64,000 nucleotides of DNA, from the NCBI GenBank assembly GCA_964247055.1, contig OZ176059.1, forward strand, positions 1,178,001-1,242,000, written 5' to 3'. Source of the stretch: Paragordius varius. Lineage: Eukaryota > Animalia > Nematomorpha. The translations under genes and the position numbers were made by a program. The notes beneath the pieces were generated by a model. It was not told the DNA's origin. It did not search any database and saw nothing but the letters and a program-made list of their open reading frames with translations. Shown here piece after piece: positions 26,501-39,323 of this stretch (position 1 is its first letter; the number at the start of each line of letters is the position of its first letter).

Positions 26501-29500
26501 TGACATTATTGTATGGCTAAAAACGTTAAAAAGGGAAAATATTTGATTTTTTTTTTGAAAAAAAAGACAACCATATTTTTATAACTTAATTATTTTAAAT
26601 ATATAGTGAAAATTGAAATTATAACAAGGATAAAGCGTAAAAATATAAAGACGAGTATTTGTTTTCTAAACAACCGTTTTACAAATATTGATTTTTATAA
26701 ATATGCATCATTGTTAATAGTTACAAAGTATGAAATAGAGATGAGTATATGTACAATTAAATATATATTTTACAATTGTAATTTAATAATATATGTGGGA
26801 AAAACTAAGGTTTTAAAATAGTATGGTTGTTTTTTGACAAATATTTGTCTTATATTTTTAGCTTTGTCTGTATAATCTCAATTTTTACTGCATTGAGTTT
26901 TGGTTTGCAAAATGATTGGAAATGTATATTGATAACATAGATTTCATGAAAATACCCTAAAATTATAAGCAAATGCAAATTAGAGATTTAAAAAGTTATA
27001 TAATACATATTATATGTGCGGTACATTTTATTGTTTAATTATTAAAAAAACAATTTTTATCATTCATAATATAATACAAACCCTATAAACGCACCTTAAA
27101 CTGTTTTTAAAATTATACTAAATTGGTAGTTTTTTTTTCAACTAAACCCAAAAATAACGCTAAGTATATAGTGCCGAAATACAAAAAATAAAATTAGATA
27201 TAAAAATAACAATATTATTAGGTTAGAAATGACAAAATGCCTTCGGTTTGTCAATAAAACCAGTATAAAAAAACTTTACTACAAATATATAAATCAAAGA
27301 AAATATTATTTCATACCTATATTTTCTATCTTAGTCTTATTATCATTAAGCGGTGGTGTGGGTAGGTAACTTATTTCAGGTACAGTTTCTAACGGACATT
27401 CTTTATTACTATTAAGTTTCTTTCCTATAGTTTCCACATTTTTATGCATGTTAACATAACTTGGAATACTTCGATTGGAATTAACTAGGGTTTGAGGTAT
27501 GATGCTAACATTATCAGTAAAATGATTATTCTGCTGATTAATTAAAGTATATTTCTGTTGACGTTTTGTCCTATGTAATTCAGGCTCGATATATTCTTCA
27601 TTACTTATAATTGGTGTATCTTTTTCTGTTGTTATATGCTTATTGGGTAATTCAAGTTTTTCAGTGCTACCATTCCTATTTTGATTGCCATTTTTATCCG
27701 GCATATTTTCAATTTGGAGTGAAAAAAATTCGGCGTCGTCGTCGCCATCATCATTATCTATATTGTTCTGGTTGGTTTTATGATATATGGCATTACCATT
27801 TTTCCCATCTATCATCAATAAAATGGGAAATAAGTAAAAAGACATATATATATATGTATATTATATACCATTTACAGTTCAAATTCACCCTTGAACAAAA
27901 CGATTCAAATTCACCCTCGAACAATTCAAATTCACCCTTGAACAATTCAAATTTAACCTAAAAATAAATTATGTGTTTTCGTACTAATATACCATTTACA
28001 GTTCCTAATTCACCCTCAAACAATTCAAATTCACCCTTGAACAGTTCAAGATCACCCTTGAACAAAACGATTCAAATTCACCCTTGAACGATTCAAATTC
28101 ACCCTAAAAATAAATTATGTGTTTTCACAAACTAATATAACTCCTTATTAATGATATAAAATATATCTTTATGGCATAATTTATTATTTTTTCAGTATTA
28201 TTTTAAGTTAAAACAAAATTTTATTTTTTAAAAATATATTTTAAAATATAGGTAATTTTTAAGCTATACATGTTATTTATTTGAGCCTGAACTTGAATTG
28301 TCAAAGGGTGAATTTGAATTATCGTTTACGGGTAAATTTGAACTGTAAATGGTATAGTATATTTCTTATTTAATACACAACTTAATATTCTCTTTTGCAA
28401 AACAAATCCTTTTTCCATTCACATAGAAAACATATATGCCGTTTAAATATACAGTATAGCTTTCTGAATTGGATATCATTTAAATTTATAAACAAATGAT
28501 TAAAAAAATTTTTCGTATATTACAAGATATCTTTGTCAAATGTAAAAATACAACAAAAAACTATACAGATACGGTTCAAAAATTAAAAACTTAAAACCAA
28601 TATAAAATTTTAATTGCTGGAGACAGCTAAAAACCTTTTAATGTGCGGTAATGAGGTCAAAAAATACCTAGTAAAATAGCCATGTAGTTTTGATTATAAT
28701 ATTTTCATTTTAGTCCCTAGTTATATATATAATATTTATTCTTTTGATATGGGTATAAATTAAATTTATTTTGCCAAACTAACCAATTTTTAATGATGAT
28801 ATATATAGGTGGTTATTTATATAACAGCAACTAACCTTATGGCATTTATGTTAAAGACACCGTATCTCACAGGAGGAATCAAGGATGATCCAAATTTAAC
28901 CAAATACAATAATATTAACTTTAAAATAAAGTATAGACTTAACCCACAAAATAAAGATGTACATAATGGCCATCAAATCCTTAAAAAATTTGCAAGATTT
29001 TAAATACACAAAAAATTGGATAAAGAAAGACATTATACGGAAACTTGAATCTTTTAGTTTTTTACTTAATAAACATATACACTGAACAATACTTATAAAA
29101 CCATTTTAAACCGGAAAAATTTATTACATGAAACATATATTCCGGCATAACCATCTAAAATAAGATTACAAAAACCAATAAATCTCGTCTTTTTTTAATG
29201 TATACCTTCACATTCGTAATCCCTTTCATCCATTAGCGTTTCAAGTTGGGCCAAATCATTCTTAGATATGGGTGCTATGCTAATATCCCTTACGGCACGA
29301 AATTGTCCACAATTATTGAGGTGTTCATTTTCAAGGCGAAAAAAATTCCATACAAACCTACGAAATACCTCAAGGGGAGCCAAAATGGATATAAGTATAT
29401 CGGCTTCTAATAATTCTTCCTTACCCACACTAACTGTCAGGGTCCAGGCAAAACGTAATACCAAATCTTGGACCTGAGAGGGTAAATACGTTAAAAACTA

Positions 29501-32500
29501 TGGAATTCAATGTTGATATTAGTTCAAATAAAAGAATGGATGAAAAGTTAAAAAATGTTTTTTGGGGTGTGTTAAAACAAAAGGGCATGCATGACATAAA
29601 GAGTAAAAGACGTTTTGTATTGACAAATTAACAAATTACCATAGCCAGGTAATAGTATGAAGGACGCCCATATACCATTTGTTCCCTCAATAAAGGATAT
29701 TCGTTTGATGATGCTGATGAATTGCTAGTTCTTAAAGATTTTATAACGCCGCCACCACCTCCGGTTTTATTAGTAGAGGCAGAATTTATAATGGTAGTAT
29801 TAGAGGGATTAGTAATACCTGTATTATCCAACAGTCCCCAATCACGTTTAATGTCCCAAGCATAAGCATACAGGCTGCTAAATATGGCAGCTCCTATCCA
29901 CATATACAGCGTTATATCGTGTCCTCGTGTAGCTTCTATAATATATATATATATATATATATCGAACAGGATTTTTACATGAATAATAATTATATATATA
30001 TATCATTTACAGTTCAAATTAACCCGAACAGTTCAAAACCCTCGAACAATCGAACTAATATAACTCATTGTTAATATTAAATATATCTTTATGGCATAAT
30101 TTATTATTTTTTCAGCATTATTTTAAGTTAAATCAAAATTTATATTTTTGGAAAATATACTGAAACATAGGGAATATTTAATCTTAAAAAACATGTTATT
30201 TAATTGAGGGTGAATATATACCATTTGCAGTTCAAATTCACCCTTGAACAATTAAAATTTGCCCTTGAACAATTCAAATTCACCTTAAAAATAATTTGTG
30301 TTTTTTAACTAATATAACCCATTTATGAAACATATCTATATGGCATAGTTTATTATTTTTTCAGCATTATTTTAATTTATGTAACACAAAATTTTCATTT
30401 TTTGAAATATATAAAAATATAGGGAATTTTTAATCTTAAAAAACATGTTATTTAATTGAGGATGAATATATACCATTTACAGTTCAAATTCACCCTTAGT
30501 CAAATTTACCCTCGAACAATTCGAATTCACCCTCGAACATTCGAATTTACCCTCGAACAATTCAAATTTGCCCTTGAACAATTCAAATTCACCTTAAAAA
30601 TAATTTGTGTTTTTTAACTAATATAATTCGTTGTTAATATTAAATATATGTATATGGCATAGTTTATTATTTTTTCAGCATAATTTTTATGTAACACAAA
30701 ATTTTTATTTTTTGAAATATATAAAAATATTGGTAATTTTTAATCTAAAAAATCATATATTTTATTTGAGAGTGAATTTAATTGTTTAAGGGTAAATTTG
30801 AATTTTTAGGTAAAAAAAGGTCCAAACTTTTGAAATATAGAGTCGCAAATTGCAAACGGCAAATGTTATCAATTACTTTTGCTCTATGATAGATTTTTAT
30901 ATAAAGTTAAAGGGAGAGCATCCTATCATATAATTGGATTTAAAACGATTAAAAATTAATAACGGTTTTTGACTGCTTATAATGAATGCCAAGTTGCATT
31001 TAACTTTCGTAAAAAGAAAAATAAAAACACAAAAATGAGATAGATAAATTATATGTATGTTAAAAACCAATAAAAAGACTCTTCATTTACCGACAGAAAA
31101 AAAATTAAAATAATATATTTTACAAATTAGTACGTATGTAAGGTGAAAAAATAAACAAGAACACAAAAATGCGAAATATTTATTAAATAATATTTTAATA
31201 TTTTTTAATTTATAACATAGCCTATAAAGGTATGTAAAGTATATGCGTTTAATGTTTATACATTGCTATTTTTTTAAACAAATTGAATATTGGTGACAAA
31301 TAGCATATATACAATACAGTAAAAAGTTTTATTATTAGTGAATAACAAGAAACAAAAAGTGAAAATAACTTAAGGCCAATATCATTTCTCCTTATATTAC
31401 AATAATAATAATCAAAAAATATTAATGTATATTACTTAAAAAAACTAAAATTTTTAAAGAACTAAACAAACTACTTGTTTGAAATGTATGTAAGGTTGAA
31501 AACAAAACGACAAAAAATGTGGTCGAATACTTCCCAGCATTGAGGAGATGTGGGAAGGCTTGTTTAGAGTCCCGATAACGGCGAAGACATTGGAAAAAAC
31601 GAAACCAAGCCGGTAACATAGCTATAACGGGTCGGACCCCGTATGAATTTGTAAAGCAAACCCCCTTCCCTTAAATAAAGATAGAAAAAAATAAAAAATA
31701 CAATAAAAAAAATATTTGACAAAAATTAATTTTCTTATGTGTATTATAATATGTTTAATACTCGTAAAATATATTATTTAAATTAAAACTATAACTCCAA
31801 TATTTTTGATAAAAGGTGGTAAAAATCAATGGATGAATAATAGAATAATTAGTATTGATAAAATAAAATATGTTTTATAATGATATAGTTATTATTACCG
31901 TAAAATAAATATTATATCAAGGACGAAGAAATATGGACAAGAATAAGTTGTATCAATATCAATAATATATAAACCTTTTAAACAAGTATTTATTTCCTTT
32001 CTTAATTAAAATGATTTAGTTAAATTTTTGATTTGAATAAATAGAACATAAATCTAAATTTTAAAAGTATATTTTAATGACAATAAAATATTTAAAATAA
32101 ATTGTACAAAAAAAGGTTTTTTTCATACTTCGATCGGGTAACCATTCAACTTCAAGGGCATAAAAACAAAACAAATATTCAAAATCTAAGAGGACTGTAA
32201 CTAGGCTATTAAGTTGATCGGCAAGCCAAAAATCTGCAAATCCCACATGGTAAAATGGTGCATTACAGATTCGCCACTACAAATATTAAAGTAACGGGAG
32301 GCGTGAAATATTAAGATAATATATATATATATATATATATATGCTCGCATAACTTATTTAAATATATAAAATGCCAAATTTTTCGGAAAAAGCCAATGTT
32401 TTAATTGATTAAAATATAGGATATATATATAATGAATAATACTTAGTAATAGGTTTTAAATGAGTAATACAATACTTAATAGTAATTCTTAATCGCTATT

Positions 32501-35500
32501 TAAGCATAAATTATGTACTCAAATTCCCTTATAATTTCTTTTAACAAATTTTATATTTTTGTTTGTTCACAGTGAGTTAAAATAATAATTTTATATAATA
32601 ATAGTTTATATTTATAAGTAAAAAACAGTAAACTTATATTAATCCCATCGTAAGAATAAAAAACAGCAAAAAACAGTTAACTTAAAGGCGTATTTTACAT
32701 CATGTGTTAAGAATGATAATTAAATATCAACAATTGTGATAAATCCGTGAAATAATAATAAATTAGAAAAAAAAACTAACCAAAATTCTAAGTAACCAAA
32801 ATCGACTCCGGTAGTAAAGGGTAGGCGTTGGATTTAGGAGAAATAGGACAAATAACGCAACTAATATAAGGGGACTAAGTAAGGCCGGGATTCTAAGTGT
32901 TTCACTAAAGAGGTAAACTAATACGGCACAGGCCCACATAACACCTAGGATACTTGCAATCTATAACATTTTTATTGGAAAAAAATCTATAAATTAATAA
33001 GCGCAAAAAACAGCGATACAATTAAAGGCATGAATGTATGTCTATATTTGAAATAGAGTCATAATTATGGGACTTTGGCTATTTATTTATTTTGCGCAAA
33101 AAGTGGAAATCATTGTATAAAGATTTTCCGATAATTTTTTGCCAAATAATGTTTTGTTCAAATACCATTGTTTTTTTGGTTGATTTTACGAGTAACCCGA
33201 ATTCGATACAATGTTAGTGTATGACCTAATTTTTACATTCTTAGAGGAAAAAAATATGGCAAAAGTTATTAAATTGGTAAAAAATGAACACAAATTTAAG
33301 TACCGCAATCGCAGTTAATTAATTTTTTTGGTTTAAAAACTGTTTATAAAGAAATTAGAAAAAAAACTATCCAAATTATTATAGAATAGTCATCTATTTT
33401 ATAATCACCTCTAAAATTTGTTGGTCCGTTAAATGATTCCTTGGGTCAATCTCAAAAATGAGGACGTGATTGACACCAGCTGATTGCCAACCATATGTGT
33501 TGATGCCTAGGAGATAGGTAAATAGGACGACTAGAAATGCGCCACGAAAGATGCGAACAGCTGGTCTCCAATCATCCCGATGATTCGTGAAAATGGCTAC
33601 AAACAATGATGTGTGACATATTATTAATATGTTAAAAATTATTAATAAATTTTAAGTTATATATATGGTAGGTAATATTTTAATTATTTTTCATATATTG
33701 TTCTATAGATTTTGCCAATATTATTGTATAACTTGGACCACATAGTTTGTTTAATAGAAAACAAAAAAACTTAAAAGTAATTATATTGTATGATATTGAA
33801 ATATATAATCTAATTTAAATATAAATGAACTTATAATAAAAATTTAATTATTTATCATATATCGTAAATTGTATTAAAAAACATATAAAAACTAAATTAA
33901 TTTTTTGTGGTCTTTTGTTCCATATTATTATTATTATCATTAATATTTTAAACTGAAAATCGGTAAAAATATATATTTGAAAAGCTAAGCATTGTAAATT
34001 AATAAGGAAAAATGTGAAATTTAAATATATATAGAATAGTTAACTTTGTTTATCATATAAAAAAATAATATTTACAATTTTATATTATATAAAAAATTCT
34101 ATAATAGCGCATTTAATAATTTTACTTACCAGCAAGTATTATAACAATGACTAGAATTATAAAAAATCCCAGGAAAAGACCGAGTCGAAATGAAGTCCAT
34201 AGAGATTTCTAACATGTAGCGCGGACAATATTATATAAAATAATAAAATCATAATCAGAAATATAAAATAATATTTATTGAGTTAGCTAACTATACAATA
34301 AAAATTAATAATTAAAAAATATATAAATTAATCGTTTTAGGTTGTAACACGTCTATAATAAATGGTATTTATATAGTTTATGTAGAAATTATTAAAGTTT
34401 TAAAAAGTATGGTTGTCTTTTTAAATAATATTATTTGTTTTTACGTTTGGTCCGTAAAATTTCAATTATTACTGTAAAATTTGTGTGCAATATTAGTTAC
34501 AAGGTAATTAATTGTTTAGTAAAAAAAATTGCAAGCAAATAAATTTTTACCTGTTCACTCAAGGGTGGGACTCGTAACCTTTTCATGGCTTTAGTCCTAT
34601 CTCCGGCCACCAATTTATTCGTATATAATGACTATATTTTATTTTATATAGTGTGTAAAATTATGTTAAAAATAATGAAATTAGGTTTTTTATACTACCA
34701 ATATATTATAAGTAAAAACGGGGTATTTACGAAAATAATTTAGATTTTTATGCAAAATCTCATAATCGGTAATACATGTTTTTGGAAAAGGTAAATTAAT
34801 TCAAATTTTACCTGCCTAAAATCCAATAATAATACATAATTTTATTGTCTATCAGAAAAATTTTGTGATGTTAAAATTGCCGTTTTCACTATTTTTTAAA
34901 GGGAAGGGGAAAATATTTTTTATGCAGATATTCGCAGTGATCCTTTTTATTTTTATGTTGATCAATAAGTAACATATTTTTGATAAATTTTTTTATATAA
35001 CGGTTTCAATATAAAATGAATATGATTAAATAACCTCAACTTCTTGTATAAAACGATTGATATCTTGATTGGTGTAAAAGGGGGCATTATCTACATTTTG
35101 AATGCGCCAATTAGTACCAGTTTCGGTTGAAAATAACTGTCAATATAACACAATGAGCAAAATATATATAATCGCAAATTTAAAAACTCTATTTATTTCA
35201 CAATACATATGATGAATAAAAAAATTAAAAATATTAGTCACTGAAAATTTGATGGAAAAAAGTGCATGTGAAAAAATGTATTTAAATTAAAATTATTGGA
35301 AATTAATGATTGATAAAATAAATTTTAACATACAATTATTAAACTAAATATACCATAATTATAAATAAAATTAGTGGTCAGAGCAGGGTTTAATACAGGA
35401 ACCGCAGATACCATCCTAATTTTGTATTGCTTTCTTAAAACACAAAATTTGATAAATTTGGAAAACTAACCCTCCTACCCAATGATACAATATCTATTTT

Positions 35501-37914
35501 TTTCGATATGCATGGACAAACAAAAATACCTTATCATGTTTCTTTAGGATTTTTCGGAAACCCGTGTAATTGAGTTGCTGATAATTTTGCAGTAAAACCA
35601 AGCTTAAATAGTATTCGGAGAAAGCGAGTTTCAAATCTTCCGCCTTTTTCCGGCTGCGTTTAGCTAGGCCAGGTGTTAGCGTAGGGAGTGTATATGCTGT
35701 CCCTAAGCTATTTGCATTTGCATTAGTAGCTAGAGTTGAATGTGCTTTGGCATATGCATTGATACCGTTGCGGTTATTAACTGCGTTATGACTGTCCTTT
35801 TTATCAGACGGTCGTCGCCAAAATGATGTCCACATACCTTGGGGTCGGGAATTTCGTTTTCCTACTATGCCCCCATCATTTTCATTGTTGCTATCAGTCA
35901 TGCTATTTATATCACTATTATTAATTATTATGTTTGGCGTTGTTTGATCCGTAAATAGGATCTTAGTAGTTTTATCCTCATTATTATTGGTATTATTGGT
36001 ATTGGCGGAATTATGTTGATTATTGAGCAATTGTGTGTTATCCTATTTAACATACAATTGTGTAAAATCATTTTTAAATGGATAAATTTGATATACATTT
36101 TACTGGTTTACAACGCCAATATTTTAGCTGTGATACCAGAAAAAAAGATTTCTTAGTGTTATACTCAACATTAAAAAAACCGTTCTTGATTAAGTATTAA
36201 TGTGATGTAAAGATTTTATACTTAAAAGTTGGCTTAATTGTCAGCTTTCCGCATTAACAAATCTGGTTATTGAGATGGGTAAATAAATTTTGCCTAAAAA
36301 TTTTTTTTGTAATTTAACGTAATAAAAATTATTTACGTCTTATATTTTTGCATGATACCCAATCTTAATATGCATATAGTTAAGTCAATCATGCATTTTC
36401 CACAATCAATCGAAACTTTACTCAGCGCCTAAAAACATTTTGCCAGTTGTTTAAGACATTTTCCTACCCGGTTAATGAATAACGCATTTCCGGTCTTTAA
36501 AACATATGTCCATTCAATATAAACATGTTTAACGCTGAAAAAAGTTATATCAATTATATATTTGCTTACATCATCCTTTTTATCAGGGGAGAAATTTGTG
36601 TTCGCTGCCGAATTCATCAAGATTTCTAAATCATCGGTTAGACTGCTATCCACGCCAAAAACTCCATTAATTTTGCTCGCTTTTTTATTCGTATCCTTAA
36701 GATTAGCGGGTGTCCGAAAACGCGCTTTACCCGTGCCGACATTTCGGGCCCCGACCAACCCCAATTTAGAGGTCCCATCTGCTGAGCGTAATTTGGACAT
36801 TATCATTTTGTTTGTGGCTGTTGATTGGAGGTTAGCCATTGCATCCGTGTATATGGCTAATTCAAATTTTAAACTAGCTAATTTACGGATGGCTTCAGCA
36901 AGTTTTTCTAGATTAAGTGACAAAACAATTAATGGGTGGGTGGGTGAGTTATAAGTTTTTTCCACTAATATTTACTGACTCGTTATATATAAATACCTTG
37001 TTGTAGCAAACTCATTTTCACATTTTTTATTATACTTTAATATTCTCGAAAAAGGGTTATTACACTAATAATATCGAAAATTAGCTAAAAAAATTTATCA
37101 TTTGATTTTGTACCATTTTAATTAACTGTTGAAAATTTTTTATGGATTTTGATTTTTTCTATATGATTGATTGAAAGCAAGAAATATATATTGGAAGTCA
37201 AAAACCTAAAAGTAAAAAATGTTTGTGTTAAGGTTGTTTAAAGACCGTCAGTGAAATCAATATCAAAGTATTCAACTCAAAACATTTACAAAAACCTTGA
37301 ATAGCAATTAAAACATACAATAAATCATTCTATTTGTTAGTTTTGTTAACAATTACTCTAGTTTTGTTATTTATAAAAAAAACTTTTACTTAAATAAAAA
37401 GGCTAATTGAAAAAGGTACCATTAATTTATCATGAGAACTGAAAAAAAAAGATGATTTAATTTGAAATAGGTATCATGATAATTCATTAAAAAATTAAAT
37501 GTAAGGGAGCCCTAGCCAACAGGCATCTATCTAACTATTATAGATTAAAAGCATCTTTTTACAAAAAACACTTATATAAATTAATTTTAAAAGTTACAAA
37601 ATGGAATATGTAAAATGATGATGGTTAGAGATAGGAACATACCTGCAAAAAAAGTGTTGATTTTGGTTAACTCAGCTTCACAAACGTTAAAAAATTCTTC
37701 ATCAAAATTAATTATAAATCTTTCTTGCTCAGCCTGACTATATCCTATGAAATTAGATATGATATATAACCTTCCTCAATAAACTCCTTTTCTTTCGCAT
37801 AAAGCATGTGTTTCAAATCCTAAAATTATATTTATAATGATATACCTCATAACGTATGTATTGTTTTCTCCATTCTGGGGTCAAATGCGCTTGCAAATGC
37901 TCAGTAAATTTCAT
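23596..37914 (-). CDS. XPR1: XPR1/SYG1 SPX-EXS phosphate exporter, 17 coding exons, about 1365 aa
   Basis: Exons in transcript order: 37914-37846, 37819-37771, 37744-37643, 36907-36570, 36042-35530, 35136-35035, 34631-34551, 34208-34130, 33596-33409, 32960-32781, 32276-32129, 31669-31475, 29935-29640, 29473-29206, 27808-27317, 26487-26187, 24292-23596. Total 4098 nt = 1366 codons. Motifs: [136 protein letters not shown]. The last three exons are supported by phase match only. Confidence 0.96.
24762..26009. mobile_element. Foldback-like element with about 350-bp inverted arms containing about 21-bp tandem repeats (XPR1 intron 16)
   Basis: Termini TATACCATTTTTCATGCAAAAACATCATTTTTTCAACCAAATGCAAC and its reverse complement. 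Tandem units resemble CAACATTTTTTCAAGCAAAGA. The inverted similarity continues to about 25110 and about 25640. Confidence 0.8.
27864..28356. mobile_element. MITE family A copy 1 (TATACCATTTACAGTTCAAATT TIRs, about 20-bp subterminal repeats)
   Basis: TIRs at 27864 and 28335-28356. Internal CAATTCAAATTCACCCTTGAA-type repeats. A second left end occurs at 27988. Confidence 0.8.
29999..30806. mobile_element. MITE family A copy 2, tandemly amplified (three left-end units, partial right end)
   Basis: Left-end motifs at about 29999, 30217 and 30469 (spacing about 220-250 bp), next to a (TA)n run. Confidence 0.75.
37745..37770 (-). other. 26-nt GT-AG intron (XPR1 intron 2)
   Basis: Minus strand GTTATATATCATATCTAATTTCATAG, phase 1. 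It joins EFIEE(G) to [18 protein letters not shown], and the following exon is 102 nt. Confidence 0.85.
37820..37845 (-). other. 26-nt GT-AG intron (XPR1 intron 1)
   Basis: Minus strand GTATATCATTATAAATATAATTTTAG, between ...YIRYE and DLKHMLY. Retaining it gives a stop (..F R I *). Confidence 0.85.
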
Positions 37915-38095
37915 CTAAATAGATACCAAAGAGTGGCTAAACGTAAAATTTGTTTAAAATTTGCATTCGTCTGCGCTCGACTCTCAAAAATTTGAAAAGG
38001 ACAAAACGAATATCGTATGACTAACGCATGACTTTATTTTCTATCACATTTTTTTTATAAATTATTGATTTGATATTTCTTTGCATATTTAGATA

Positions 38096-39323
38096 TTAAC
38101 ACTTGGATACAACAGATTCATTGTACTTAGATTTAAATTAGGGTAGTTGGATTCTCCAGACCTATTTAAAATTAATACCCTGAAATATATGGAAGAAATT
38201 GAAACCATGGCAAAATTTTTCACTTATATAACATTAAAAAACCGAAATATATAAAAAAATTTAGTCAAGAATACTTGATATTACTTATTATAATGCAAAA
38301 CCCAATGGTAAAAATTTATTCGATGAACATGTGTGCACCGGCTAAATGGAAAAATAAGACAAAATGCACTACTTTTTCCAATTCTATCAATGTTAGATGT
38401 AATTTAAATAGAAAATTGGCTATAATTATACTTTTAAATTTAGAAGAATACGATATTTTTAAAAAAAATTTTGTAAAATAAAAATGGCGTCGAAAGAGTT
38501 TGCAAAACGAAATTTTAATGAGATAATTTGGTTTATTTATATAATTTTTATTAGGATAGAAGCAAAAATTTAAATTGGGGCCGTTTCCTACAGTACTTTA
38601 AAAATGTTAATTTAAGTCAGGGGTTTTTAGATACCCCAATTTAAATCGAAGTGTTAAGGTAGAAAAAATTAAATAGTATAAAATTTTAAGATTAATTAAT
38701 GTATGGCTTTAGGTAAAATTTAAGTTATCAACTCATATTAACACTTCGATTTAAATTGGGGTATCTAAATACCCCAGACAATATTTAAGTTAAAATTTTA
38801 AAAAACTCCTGAAAGAAACGGTCCCAATTTAAATTTATGCCTCTATCCTAATACAAATTATATAAATAAGCCGAAATATCTAAATAAAATTTGGTTTTGA
38901 AAAAAAGTTCTTTATATCAAGCTACTTCAACGTCGTTTTTATTTTACAACATTTTTGCCAAATATCGTGTTTATTTATTTTTCAAGGTATAATTTAGACT
39001 AATTTATTATTTAAATCACATCTATTACTGATTTAATTAGAAAAAAAAGGTTTATTTGTATTATTTTTCAATTTAGCCAATGCACACATTTACGTTGAAT
39101 AACTTTTTACCTTTGGGTTTTATCTTAAAATAAGTAATATCAAGTATTTTTGAAAAAAAGTTTTTTATAATTCCGGTTTATTAATGAAATATTGCCAAAT
39201 TTTGCCATGGTTTCTTTTCCTCCCATAATTTAAAAAGTATTTAATTTTAAACTGGCCTGAGGTATTCAACTACCCCAATTTGAATCGAAGGATCGAAATG
39301 AATGTGTTGTATCCAAGTGTTAA
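38096..39323. repeat. About 1.2-kb imperfect palindrome (old foldback element) just upstream of the XPR1 ATG
   Basis: Outer arms TTAACACTTGGATACAAC (38096) / GTTGTATCCAAGTGTTAA (39306). Inner arms GATACCCCAATTTAAATCGAAGTGTTAA (about 38630) and its reverse complement (about 38739). Other paired blocks lie between them. Confidence 0.75.

Noticed and set aside
37745-37845. Calling the organism a dicyemid because of the 26-nt introns
   Set aside because: Most introns here are hundreds to thousands of bases and the proteins are expanded rather than reduced. Taxonomy needs a database search; a low-GC protostome such as a nematomorph is only a guess.
37915-37945. Possible third tiny intron (12 or 28 nt) in the XPR1 5' UTR ending at TTTAG|ATG
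   Set aside because: No coding constraint defines the donor, so it cannot be supported without transcripts.
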